The notes under the pieces were generated by a model. It saw only the letters and a program-made list of their open reading frames with translations, was not told the origin of the DNA and did not search any database. A DNA stretch of 64,000 nt from Laetmonice hystrix. Lineage: Eukaryota. The stretch spans positions 55,492,001-55,556,000 of the forward strand of contig OZ249436.1 of the NCBI GenBank assembly GCA_965235115.1, given 5' to 3'. The position numbers were made by a program, and so were the translations under genes. This document shows positions 1-12,885 of this stretch, piece after piece (position 1 is the stretch's first letter; every line of letters starts with the position of its first letter).

Positions 1-1888
1 CAGGCCGTACAGGTACGGTTCTAGCCATACACATAGGAATGATGAGTTATGACCTCACCCGGACGGTCGATGTCCTCCAATGTGCGCGCCAGCTACGGGA
101 GGACCGTGGAGGAGCCATCCAGACCAGGGAACAGTATATCTTCATATACAGGGTGGGTCTTTATAATTCTGTGACCATTTTCACCTGATAACCTGGACAT
201 TTTACCTTACCCTCATAATTAGAATAACTTTTCCTCCAGTTGACTGTCATTTTAATAAAACAGAACTCCCCATGATGAAGTGTGTCCACCTTCTCATTTC
301 AGGCGCTTTTGGAGCACGCCATGAGGCTGGCCAGTCCGTCCATGGCGTCATGGGCCACGTTATCGTCTGATTCGGTCAGAGACGCTACGTAATATTCGAC
401 TGAGCGGACGACACCCTATACTGCAGAAAGAATCGCGTAGAGGTACCAAGACATAACGTTGAAGGCGACGGGCACGTTCTAGGCGGAAGTGACGTATTAG
501 AAATGTGGTCACATGTACACATGCAGCGTCCGTCAACTAGGACACGTGACCATTGTCAGTCCTTGTTCCAGGACAACATTATTGTTTCGTTGTGCTCCGT
601 GTTACTCATTGATAAAATCAATACCGCAGTGCAGTGTACGCTTACAGACAGAACGTTGGCAAGGTTTCCAGGACAGGGTGAGATAGCTGACATGGACCTT
701 GCATAAAATGTTACAGGTTGATGTCAAGCTTGATTTTATGTGTACAAAATGTGTACAGTGATCATAGCAGACCGATGTACATGTATGTGATTGAATTAGG
801 CAAATATCATTGTATGATAAGATTATATATTGCATATCCTGGCATATTATTACCTCAATAAAATATTTTATGTACAACATTATCGTCTATAGTTAAATTA
901 TAGATTTCATAAAAGTAACTTGCCGGTGCCTTACTGCGTCATGCCTTTAAAGAATGTCGTGCCACTGATAGGCAATGAAACTTACAGCCACCAGGTGGCG
1001 ATGTTGCGACAACTTCTAGCATATGGGATGCCATCTTGCAGCAAATCCAAGAATCATCACTGATCTTTAGGGAGTTGTACTAAAATATGTAAGAACGTTT
1101 TGCATGTTTGTAATAAAACAACTACCCCAATCTGGTTTGTAATGTAGCGGCCCTGCTATATGATACTAACACATACCCTAACCTACAGTAAAATGATCAC
1201 TTAAACCTAATAGCCTTCAAAAAGACATAGTTCTAGGTTATCTTTAATTCAATACACCATTTTCGTTTACGCTTCAGCATAATGATCTACTGCAGTTCGA
1301 CTGCTCCGTGGCCTGTCGGCCAAGTTATCAGCGCGGAACCTCAATAATGCAAATAACCCATCTGTAGACGTTGGAACGGAACCATGATTTTGAAAAGAAG
1401 CAAAAGGGCGGGGGCGGGGGCGGGGCGGGGCGGGGGTGAGGTGGGGAAAACTGACGTTTAAAGGGTTAAACGTGTTCTTCCTGGCGACCGGGTGTTATTT
1501 TTGAACGATAGGGGCTGACGGAACCGCGTCAGAAACTCCTTTGCTGAGTGTTGACCGAATCTGACCTGTACGCCGCGAATATAAAGGGAGATCTAGCTTG
1601 GAAGGCGAGGAGGGACTGACAGCGACACGCGAGGTATGGATACGTCAAACAACGCCGAACTGCCAGACACTCCAGTTGCCACCGGGGGGGGGGGGGGGGG
1701 GGGGTCGGAGGGGAAGACTTTGAGAACTAGCAGTACCTAAGACGGAAGGTCTGCCTCTATATTAAATGGTGATTCGCCTGTTGTAATGTTCCCACGGAAT
1801 TTGGTGTAGGGGTTAAGGTTTGGGGTAGAGCCATGGACAGAGGTAAGCTTTCTTCTTTTTTTCTATAAGGTGAGAGGGTAGGGGTGGG

Positions 1889-2162
1889 CAGTGGGGTTCC
1901 AAGTATGCCGGACCCCCGCCCCCCGTTGACAAAAATGATTATATTTAGGACATTTTTGGTAAAACAGGAGTGTAAAAAATGCATTCTTTTAGCCAAAGGA
2001 AATCCTCATTATTTCCACACAAGATGTCCCGAGATTGCATTATTTGATGTCCTTTTTTTTAATTTGCCAGAGGAGCATGTTTTATGGCCATCTCTGCAGT
2101 ACCTTAACCTCTGAAGTACCTAAACTTCGGACCCCCCCCCCCCCCCCCCCGATACCCCACTG
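1889..2162. mobile_element. MITE with CAGTGGGG...CCCCACTG ends and 5-bp TSD GTGGG (hAT5-like)
   Basis: Terminal inverted repeat plus GTGGG direct repeat at 1884-1888 and 2163-2167. Confidence 0.55.
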
Positions 2163-3819
2163 GTGGGTCCAGGTTATCAAAGTAGAGGTTAGGATTAAGT
2201 TTTGGACTAGGACTAGTGATAACAATTTTAGTTCTTACCCACACATTTAGTGGGATTATCCCAGGGATATGGTGAATATATTTCTAAGCAACAGTGGACT
2301 GACTTTTCTTTGGTTCAAATTTCTAGCAAAAACGATGTTGACTATTCAAAATCTGGAAAAAAAACCTCGAGCCGAACTACGTTGGGTCAATGGCCAGAAA
2401 GTTTTCTACCAATAAAGAACCACCATTGCTTCTTTAAGGGGTGTATAAATTACCAACTACCAATTTCGTAAAGTCTAATCAACATACAAGGTTTACTGAC
2501 ATGTATAAATCCTAACTTAAAAAAAACACTAAAGATACGACTAACAGCAATTGAAACAAGTATCGGCATATAGCTTTCTATCTGCAGGCGATAGAAAAAT
2601 GATAAATCTTTGTAATTCTCTTACTTGTCTTGACACCCAGTAGACTTTAAAAAAGCACATTAGTATAATACATTCCAACTTTTGAAGCCACAGGGGTGAG
2701 ATTATATCTCAGTGAAATGAATACTGTCAGAAATGCTATCATTTATTGTCGGCTCAGCAGAAGCAGTCTCGGAAAATCTCTCGAGACAGTTAATAGCCTG
2801 TCTATTTTACCGGGCTCTAAAAACGTTCGTACCGTCTCTCATGACGCCACCCTGGCGTCAGGACACAGACTAATGTCTAATATATCCGTCGATTTCCCCT
2901 TGGAATGTGACACTTAGACACGAACAAAATAGTGCAAAAACTGGTAATGTTGCCTCTGTCTGCATGGATGGTCATTAGTAGCGGATCCAGCAGGCTAAGA
3001 AGCTAATTTAGATGGTAGGATGGTTGAATGCTGAGCAGCAGACCTTCTACTGTAGTTATCGTAGGAAGGAGGCGTAGATAGACTCTGCTCAACCCTTGTG
3101 ACGACCCTTTACTTTGAGTGTCTCTAGGATGGTGTCAGGAGAGAGCCCGGCAGGTGGCTAGCGGGGTAGGCCATCATCCGGGTCACTGCGGCCAACATGG
3201 CGACCCTATCTCAGAGGGATTGCGTGGCTGACACAAAGAAGAGTGTCAGATTGTAGCAAGGGTCGGAAACGGAAAGAATCGATGTCACGTAAGCTTGCCC
3301 CGTCAATGACAGGAGAGCTAGGAGTGACAAGAAGCATCTCTCAGTCTCAGAGCCGCTTTATTCAAGGCGACCACGGGGGGGGGGGGGGGGGTCGAAACTT
3401 TAATGTGATTGAACAGACCCGCGTAAGGTGGGAACTCCGTTGTCAAGGCAACACGATGTGGATTCTAGTCTGGTCCAACCATAAAGGCCTGCTGTAGCCT
3501 ATATTATCTACCAACAATTACTAGATCTATACTTAACAAGGCTATCTAGTAGGCCTATCAGTCACCATAAATTTCATGATTGAAATTAACCTCAAAAATT
3601 TAACATAGGCCTGCTTCCTTCAAGGAAGAAAGAAACGAGGAAGGGATGAAGAACAAGGACCAATAGATGGCTCATGAATAGACGCAGGCGATTCATCTAT
3701 TAGACTTAAAGGTAAAGAACAGTCACACTCTGCAAAACCAAATTAAAGCGACGGTAGAGTGCTCCAGCCATTAATTACCATGACGCATCCGCAACTAATT
3801 ATATAGACCCTATTGGTGC

Positions 3820-4369
3820 CATTCGGGATTCCTTCGGGCATTGGAGGGAACTACTTCCTGCTGTTCGAAAATACCCTTGGGTGATCTGAGCGCCATTGTG
3901 GCAACCAGATACATGGCGAAATGGACCTGTGAGGCAGTGAGTGAACCGCCATATCCAATCGAGCCAGAAAGTAGTGCCTTATTGAAACCTGCTCCTTCGG
4001 CGTCGTATGTGCAAATATAAATTTCTGGTATGAAGGGAAACGTTTGAAGAAGAAAAATGAATCACCTAATTTGCCTAAATCGGCGTAATAAGGTAATTTA
4101 TCAAATTATGGGAGCCAATATGGCCGCTCCCATGAACGACAACAACACGACACATGGTAGGGCTACATGTATCATGAACATGATACTATCGTAATATTTC
4201 CCACTGGGAAGAGTACTAGAGGTATTTTATTAGCTTCCATGCCTGATGCAGACAAAATACTGCAAGCACTGCCATGAGTCTTGGCTCATGTGCCTGTGAT
4301 GCAATGCTCAAAATGGCGCCGATTTCACCCGAGGCTACTTTCGAAGAAATGGCCGAGGATTTCCGATTG
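3820..4369 (+). mobile_element. Non-autonomous DNA transposon, copy 1 (~550 bp, 9-bp TSD, Mutator-like)
   Basis: Imperfect TIR CATTCGGGATTCC...GGATTTCCGATTG. TSD TATTGGTGC/TATTGGTGT. Similar along its length to 6404-6963. Confidence 0.75.
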
Positions 4370-6403
4370 TATTGGTGTCAGGAAGAGATGTTGCTTGTGT
4401 AAGATAATTATAGATCTAGGCCTAATAATAAAAGTAGGCCTAATAGTGATGGACACGAGGATTATTATTTATAGCTGTGACAGCGAATGTTATATTTAGC
4501 CTATGTTGAGTAATCCATGATGTCTTTCCTTCTCATCTGTCGTAACCATCTCTAAGACGAACGCGATGCATGTGAACAGCCATGTGACCAGTCCTAATGC
4601 ATATTTTCTCTCCCCTCTCCCACCCATTTACAGCAGTACTGCCCAATGTCCTTGCTGTGGTCCTAGGTGACCCTGCTGCCCCCTACTGGCAGCTTATCCG
4701 TCACGTGTCTTTACGTGTGACCTCTATCACGCGTCATGTCCCGTAAGACAAGTAAGAGGACAATTGTAATTTGTTTGGCTGAATATGAAATGGTAAAGAT
4801 TGTAAGACGTTCTTGTATATTTTCAAAGCGATGGGGAGGGTGGGGGTGGGGGAGATAACGAGGTCCTCAAATAGCCAGGTAAGAAAAGCAATGACTCGCG
4901 AAGAGCTATAGCAAACAGAGTAAATGCGTTGTGTCATTATCCGTTACTCTCCTGAGCAGTGGATATATTATGGAAGACCTCGTTTGATGGATTTTTTTTC
5001 AAAAGCCGGGTTTTATACGACTGAAAATCTTTCGCTAGTTCTATATGGTACCCGTTTCAACGCATAGACAGTCTATAAGCTTGTAAATGATTTTTATTAT
5101 CCCACGATTTGCGACCGATAGATGCCAGAATGGAATGGCGAATATTATCGTTTTTTACTGCTGTTTATAATATTGACGGAACTGAGAAAAACGCACTTGA
5201 CGTTTTGCACTTTTCTCAAACGTCCACAAAATCAATCTAACATAATTTCTTTTGTTATTTTTATGGGAATCGCTAATATACGATATACGATACGGCATAG
5301 GCCTACTTTGGAATCCATTTGACGCTAACAGTAATTTCCGGCGATATAATGAAGGCTACAAATAGCCATGTCATATTCGACGTGTCCCAGAAAAGTTCTA
5401 CCTGACTTTATATTCCACGCATATTCGACGGTTCGCCGGAAAACTTTTATCTCGCCCGTGAATATTCGACGTGTTGCTATGGAAACCATACGTGATCACA
5501 GATCATATCATTACCTTATTTGGGCATAATTTCTATATTCGACGGTTCGCCGTAAAATAATTTATCAAGTACGTGCAAATAGTTTTCGGGAGAACCGTCG
5601 AATAAGAATATTCGACGGTTTGCCGAAAAGTAAATCTAAGACAATTGATATTCGCCAAAGAACCCGACGTTAATAGCCTATCTCGCTAATTTTCGCCCGG
5701 AGGGTAATGACATTTTCAGGGATTACAAATTTCTTTAAAATTATTAAGAATCTACTAAAAACTCAGTTTCGCCCAAAACCCCATGTTCGACGGAACTGAA
5801 GGGAAAATTCCCAAGAGGATAATTTAAAAGATATTTTTTTCAAATCTGTTAGAGAAATGGCATTTTTTGTTCTGTGACTGTCGCCTCCTCTCTACTATCT
5901 TCACCAAACGGTTGGAATGCCAGGCGTGGCAGAGTTCCGTGTTGGCAGAACGGCAACCCTTTGTGACGTCTCACCCTGATGACTGTTGACATGGCAGGCT
6001 GTTTGACTGGCCCACCCAGCACACCCTACAGCCATGGCATTATTAAAGCATTGACGTGCTGCCTGTGACATCGCCACACATTTTCTTGCCTACCCTGCGC
6101 TCGCGCCGGTCGGAGCCCGACCCTGTCACGGGCAGGCGAGACTCTCCCGGGACCTACACGAGATAGAATCGCTGCTCACTTCCTGTAATGCTTTGTGTTA
6201 CTGGATTCAAGCTAATGCCACGCTAAATGGTGTCATTATCGTACCGAATAGACTTATATTGAGTATCGTATCTGAAGGGACTATCTAATATTAATATTAT
6301 GTAGAATATAATCGGAACTTTAGTCATTTCTCTTCATTTTTTATGCAAATAATATACGCTAATATAACCGTAACAGGCTTATAATTCCAGGCTCTATCCA
6401 TGA

Positions 6404-6963
6404 CATTCGGGATTCCCTCGGGCATTATGATGTCATTTCTGCATATATACCCTCGGGTGGATTGGGCGCCATTATGGCAACCATACATAGCGAAATCGAC
6501 CTTAAATAAATCGGCCTGTGTAGCGAGGCACTGAGTGAATTGTCATAATAGTAGTGCATTATTGAGACCTGCTCCTTTGCATCGTATGTGTAAATATAAC
6601 TTTCTGGTATCAAGGGGAACGTTTGAAGAAGAAAAATGAATCACCTAATTTACCTAAATCGGCGGGTGATATGGAAATTTATCAAGTTATAAGAAGCAAT
6701 ATGGCCGCGCCCATGAACAACAACAACACAACACATGGTAGGACTACTTGTATCATGAACATGATTCTATCGTATTATTGCCCACTGGCTATGGGAAGAG
6801 CACTAGAGGCCTATTTTAGCTTCTATGCCTGATGAAGACAAAATACTACAAGCACTGCCATGATTTCCAGAGTCCCGGCTCAATGTACCCGCGATGCAAT
6901 GCTCAAAATGGCGCTCGATTCACCGAGGCTACTTTCGAAGATATGGCCGAGGATTCCCGATTG
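6404..6963 (+). mobile_element. Non-autonomous DNA transposon, copy 2 of the 3820-4369 family
   Basis: Same internal sequence. TSD TATCCATGA at 6395-6403 and 6970-6978, with the right copy displaced by an inserted TAGGCC. Confidence 0.75.
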
Positions 6964-7747
6964 TAGGCCTATCCATGAGTTGTGTCAGACGTCATAATAC
7001 ACTCGAATCCGTTGAACCTAATAAAGACCAGTAATGTTCATGACGGATTTGATTCCCTATAGCCTACTTTGCTACCCGCAGGTAGGGGTCAGCAAACCTC
7101 GTTCTCCGATGCATGGCAACCGGCCTAAGAACCCCTCGCGCAGGATCGTCTGCGTGGCAAATATAGATTTGGATCCCAGTACCACTTTACGAAGTCGACC
7201 TTAGTGCCGACACGGCGCCCCCCCCCCCCCATTCCCCGTACGACCTGCCGAAGCACGCCCTATTTTCCAGGCCGTAGATGTACGTTGTGTGGCCACCTTT
7301 AAAACCATCTATAAACCATCTTTACTAATTCATAGACGCCTTTGGCATGGAACTCCTTAGACTTTCATGCTTTGGGGTTTTAAATCTTAATAGAGGATTT
7401 CTGTTGATGAAGAATGATATCAATGTAAATAGTATATCAATTGAATTCTTCTTGGTGTATAATGGCCACAGTACAAGTATGGCTGTTCTCTGCATCCTTA
7501 GAAGTGTGCATTATTAGAGCTACAATAGTATTCACGAATCAAAGGACCGTTGAAAATGGAAAAAAGAAATATTTATTATGAAAGCTATATGAGATATGCT
7601 CAGACTATACATTTATGAATATCAAATCAAAATCAAATGGACTGTATACGGCACATATTATTGTTCTTTTTTCGTAAAGGCCAAACAAAAGATTTATCAT
7701 CGACTGGCATACTTGCCTGTTTACTTATGAGTGGATTATTAACTCAG

Positions 7748-7767
7748 ATAGAGAGAGAGAGAGAGAC

Positions 7768-7851
<84 letters not shown>

Positions 7852-7952
7852 GTCATCAGAGAGTGACATAGAGAAAGAATGAAAGAGAGAAAGAGAGAGA
7901 GAAAGAGAGACATTAGACAGACAGACAGACAGACAGACAGAAAGAGCGAGAT

Positions 7953-7998
<46 letters not shown>
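7748..7998. repeat. (GA)n / (GACA)n compound microsatellite
   Basis: Direct reading. Confidence 0.97.
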
Positions 7999-8000
<2 letters not shown>

Positions 8001-8414
8001 GTGGCTCCGGAAATAGTTTGACGCTCGGCCGACGTTTCTCGGCGCTGCCAGACACTGTTTGGTCCGATTGTGTCAGCACGTGACGAGAAATTCTAGGTTT
8101 GTGTGCGCTCAGAATGTAAAGTGCAATATACCTTCAGACTGCATGCAATAACGGTCTCTTTAATTGTCCGGCAGTGAATCTACTCTGTTTATCTCTTTTT
8201 GTCTGTCTGCCCCCCCCCCTCTTCGAATCTCCCGACGCACTTCCTCGGAGAAATGTCACTATTCCTTTCTCAATAGCTCTGCTCTGTCTCTATTATTTCT
8301 AGCTTCTTATTCCTCCATCCGCATCAGTGAGAACTCCCTTTCCCATTCCAACATTATTTTCTATCCAATTCCACTCTATCCCTCTATCTCCTCTCTTCGC
8401 TCCGGGACAGTTTC

Positions 8415-9160
8415 TCTACCTGTCTGTCTCCCTCGCACGGTCCTTCTCTCCTACCTGTCTGCCTCCCTCGTCTCTCTGCTACCTGTCTGCCTCCCTCGTC
8501 CTTCTCTGCTACCTGTCTGTCTCCCTCGTTCTTCCCTGCTACCTGTCTGCCTCCCTCGTCCTTCTCTGCTACCTGTCTGTCTCCCTCGTTCTTCTCTCCT
8601 ACCTGTCTGCCTCCCTCGGCCTTTCTCCTACCTGTCTGCCGCCCTCGTCCTTCTCTGCTACCTGCCTGCCTCCCTCGTCCTTCTCTGCTACCTGTCTGTC
8701 TCCCTCGTTCTTCCCTGCTACCTGTCTGCCTCCCTCGTCCTTCTGTCCTACCTGTCTGCCTCCCTCGTCCTTCTGTCCTACCTGTCTGCCTCCCTCGCCC
8801 TTTCTCCTACCTGGCTGTCTCCCTCGTCCTTCTGTCCTACCTGTCTGCCTCCCTCGTCCTTCTGTCCTACCTGTCTGTCTCCCTCGTTCTTCCCTGCTAC
8901 CTGTCTGCCTCCCTCGTCCTTCTGTCCTACCTGTCTGCCTCCCTCGTCCTTCTGTCCTACCTGTCTGCCTCCCTCGTCCTTCTCTCCTACCTGTCTGCCT
9001 CCCTCGTCTTTCTGTCCTTCCTGTCTGCCTCCCTCGCCCTTTCTCCTACCTGCCTGCCTCCCTCGTCCTTCTCTGCTACCTGTCTGTCTCCCTCGTTCTT
9101 CTCTGCTACCTGTCTGCCTACCTCGTCCTTCTCTGCTACCTGTCTGCCTCCCTCGTCCTT
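8415..9160. repeat. Pyrimidine-rich ~30-bp minisatellite (CTACCTGTCTGCCTCCCTCGTCCTTCTCTG), ~25 copies
   Basis: Direct reading. It accounts for the repetitive ORFs 8164..9192 etc. Confidence 0.95.
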
Positions 9161-9596
9161 CATATTTAACTGCTCGGAGGTGTTCATCTTGACACTGATA
9201 CAATAGTGACAGTAGTCCCGGGATATCCCACAATACATAACCAGAAGAGGTTGGTTTCAGCAAAAGTGAAAGGGTTTATGTGTATGGTGGTACTTTTGAA
9301 ATCTGCTAGTAACAAAATAAAACATATGTAAAACTGAAATTGCATGTTAGTGTGTGGTATCCTATGCACCATCGTACTCTCTACTCTAGTTAACCTCTCT
9401 ACAGCGGACCTCTTGTGCACTCGTCTCAGCACAACACTTATAAATGTGCTGTTAAAAGCTAGTTAAAAGAACGACACAATTTGATTGGATGCAGCCGAGG
9501 AAGCCGTCCATCGCCCAACTAACCACTTCGAGCATATCTAAGCAAAAATACAATTATGTTACGTTCTAGGGGGCGCCTCCTTGCCTTTCATTACGC

Positions 9597-10686
9597 CCCC
9601 GTGTGTCAGCCCCACTTACCGAGCCACCGTGTTATATCAGTCCCGTGTGTCAGCCCCACTCACCGAGCCACCGTGTTATATCAGTCCCGTGTGTCAGCCC
9701 CACTCACCGAGCCACCGTGTTATATCAGTCCCGTGTGTCAGCCCCACTCACCGAGCCACCGTGTTATATCAGTCCCGTGTGTCAGCCCCACTCACCGAGC
9801 CACCGTGTTATATCAGTCCCGTGTGTCAGCCCCGCTCACCGAGCCACCGTGTTATAGCAGTCCCGTGTGTCGGCCCCACTCACCGAGCCACCGTGTTATA
9901 TCAGTCCCGTGTGCCAGCCCCACTCACCGAGCCACCGTGTTATATCAGTCCCGTGTGTCAGCCCCACTCACCGAGCCACCGTGTTATATCAGTCCCGTGT
10001 GTCAGCCCCACTCACCGAGCCACCGTGTTATAGCAGTCCCGTGTGTCAGCCCACTCACCGAGCCACCGTGTTATATCAGTCCCGTGTGTCAGTCCCACTC
10101 ACCGAGCCACCGTGTTATATCCGTCCCGTGTGTCAGCCCCACTCACCGAGCCACCGTGTTATATCAGTCCCGTGTGTCAGCCCACTCACCGAGCCACCGT
10201 GTTATATCAGTCCCGTGTGTCTGCCCCACTCACCGAGCCACCGTGTTATATCAGTCCCGTGTGTCAGCCCCACTCACCGAGCCACCGTGTTATATCAGTC
10301 CCGTGTGTCAGCCCCACTCACCGAGCCACCGTGTTATAGCAGTCCCGTGTGTCAGCCCCACTCACCGAGCCACCGTGTTATATCAGTCCCGTGTGTCAGC
10401 CCCACTCACCGAGCCACCGTGTTATAGCAGTCCCGTGTGTCAGCCCCACTCACCTAGCCACCGTGTTATACCAGTCCCGTGTGTCAGCCCCACTCACCGA
10501 GCCACCGTGTTATAGCAGTCCCGTGTGTCAGTCCCACTCACCGAGCCACCGTGTTATATCAGCCCCACTCACCGAGCCACCGTGTTATAGCAGTCCCGTG
10601 TGTCAGCCCCACTCACCGAGCCACCGTGTTATAGCAGTCCCGTGTGTCAGCCCCACTCACCGAGCCACCGTGTTAGAGCAGTCCCG
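9597..10686. repeat. 44-bp minisatellite (CCGTGTGTCAGCCCCACTCACCGAGCCACCGTGTTATATCAGTC), ~25 copies
   Basis: Head-to-tail units with period 44 and no spacers. Confidence 0.96.
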
Positions 10687-11338
10687 GAAGTTAAAGCTGC
10701 ACACCTGCCGTCATGGGCTTCACTGCGGCTGCGCCAAGTGTTCTCCGCACGAGGGCGCTGTCGTCGTCACTTTGTGCAGATCGAACATATATGGCGATGT
10801 AAGTCCCAGTGCTCGGGGGAGGGGGGGGGGGGCTACTGGATGGGGGACGGCTGGGGGGGGGGGCATTAGTTTCCTGCAGTAACCCACTTGGGGACCGGCG
10901 ACCTGTCAATGAACTCGTGAGAATCCAACGTCAACATCCTGTCAATAATGCAGCCTATAGATGTATAGGCTTATAGATGTGGGGGAACAACCCCACTTAA
11001 AGCCTAAGTCACACGTCTTTTGAAACTTGTTTTATTATATAAAAGAATGACGAAGAAGAAGGATATAATGTGGAGCAAGAAAAGCGGCACTACTTTATTC
11101 TTGAAAAAAGTACAGCACTAACCAGAAATGTAACACATTAAAAATGGATACATGTAAAGTACGCTCCGTAGTTCCTTCTAACGCTGCAAAGTTTTTTTTA
11201 GGGAGAAAATCTGATTGAAACTTAAGATGTCAGACTACACAGGTTTTGGTAGCCTACGGCTGTTAATCCCCAACATTCAGCTTACTGGAATTAGCCAGAT
11301 GCTTCTAGTTAACACATCACAGAAAAAATTTTCATTAA

Positions 11339-11769
11339 AGAAATCATGTCACTTATTTCATACAGATTTTACAAATTGGCGAAAATACTGCTTGTATAAT
11401 AGTCTGGTAATTAAAATATTTAAAAACCAGCAAATTTGGAATGACGCACGTCTTTTTCTAGACCTGCAGCCAACCTACCCGATGGAATTTTAGCCGGGCG
11501 ACTTTACACCCTTTTCACAGAACGCGAGACTATAGCCGCAATCAGGTGATCATCTCAACCGTTGCAACGCAATGCCTGCAGGTCAGACATTCCCGATGGC
11601 GGAAGGCAGCGTTGTTTTTTAGTGTTCTCGACAAGAAATGTGAAATGTGAAGGTGACAGTGCATTTCGCTGATGTCCGTTTAGAATACATACGTAGATTT
11701 TGACGAGGTAAGCGTGAAACCAGGCCGAACTGGCTTCCCGGAACCCTGAACCAGGGTGCCATAATTCCT
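11339..11769 (+). mobile_element. Kolobok-like non-autonomous element family A, copy 1
   Basis: TTAA|AGAAATCATGTCAC...GTGCCATAATTCCT|TTAG. Near-identical to 19787-20308, which has extra internal segments. Confidence 0.75.
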
Positions 11770-11778
11770 TTAGTTTAA

Positions 11779-12885
11779 AGGCCCACAGAACGTGTAATAA
11801 CGTACCGATATCGAAGAATTCGCTCCCCACTAATTAAGTCGACACCGGCGATGCCGTAAAAAAGTTTTCTAGACGATTTTTCCAGGTTTGGCTGGTCCAC
11901 TAGCAGCGACGTCGGCAGAGAGATCGGCTGGGGTAGCCGACGGTCAGCCGATGGCGAATCGGATGGAAAATCGGCTATGTGTTATCTAGACAGAGTATCC
12001 GTCTCTGTACTACCGACGCCACTTAAAGTGCAACTGACATCACATAGGTAACTTTACTGATCTAGATAGATCACTTTGAGTTGTAGCCGTATCCCTGATA
12101 GGTTTTCTGAGAAGTCCTCTCAATTTAGAAAAATATTGAAAATTCGAATGTCGCGCCTCATCACAGTCTCACTCCTGCCTATTCTTTACCATTGCCCCTG
12201 ATGACGTCAGCAGGGGAATTGGTCTTTAAAACGGCTTACACACAGTTCATATTCTTGTACAATAACCGCTCCTTTAAGTTAAACAACAACAAATTACATG
12301 TATCATCAGGATCTGGCACTAAATTTCATGTAAATTTTGATGTCTGTTGGACTTTAAGTGCAAGTTCCTGGTGTGTTCGGTCAAATCATCCTATACCACC
12401 ATGAAAACCCCTCCCCTGCCCATATATCTTGACTGAATATTGATAAACACGCTTAAAGTAACTTATCTCACTTATTTCCAAGTTTGGAAAGCACGACGAG
12501 ACATAATAAGGGCAGCACAAAGTCTGGAATCGACGAATTTCGCTCTCTGCCTATCGCGGCCATTTTGACCTCCCGGGTCAGGGAGTAGCCTGGTACCCTG
12601 CCTAAAAGACGCGTCCGCTGTTACGATATACGTAGAGCAGGGGACCTTGCTAGGTCAGAGAGATGCATGCTGGGACATAAACAGGCCACGGAAGCCGCAG
12701 CTGTACGACACTTCGGAATTTGATGTTTTATCCTTAATATACTTGTCAAACAACTAAAAGAAGACGTTGCCTCACTGGCTGAGGCTTACTACGTAGGCTA
12801 TGTGTGATCCAGCCCACAGCATGTCGGCTCTAGGGGTGAACGTATACGTTATATGATCTCTTCGCTATGAACGTTCTGTGGGCCT
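11779..12885. mobile_element. Kolobok-like non-autonomous element family B
   Basis: Perfect 15-bp TIR AGGCCCACAGAACGT/ACGTTCTGTGGGCCT flanked by TTAA on both sides. Confidence 0.8.
12027..12353. mobile_element. Kolobok-like element family C nested in family B
   Basis: TTAA|AGTGCAACTGACATC...GATGTCTGTTGGACT|TTAA (TIR with 2 mismatches). Confidence 0.7.

Noticed and set aside
1..500. Exon-like GC-rich segments with an acceptor at ~302
   Set aside because: All three frames stop quickly and no recognisable domain is present. They may be TE remnants.
8164..9263. 342-aa and 280-aa ORFs
   Set aside because: They are translations of a stop-poor pyrimidine minisatellite in all frames.
9597..10686. 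CRISPR-like array or repetitive protein ORFs (319 aa etc.)
   Set aside because: Units are head-to-tail with no unique spacers, there are no cas genes, and the context is eukaryotic. The 44-bp period cycles through frames, so the ORFs are artefacts.
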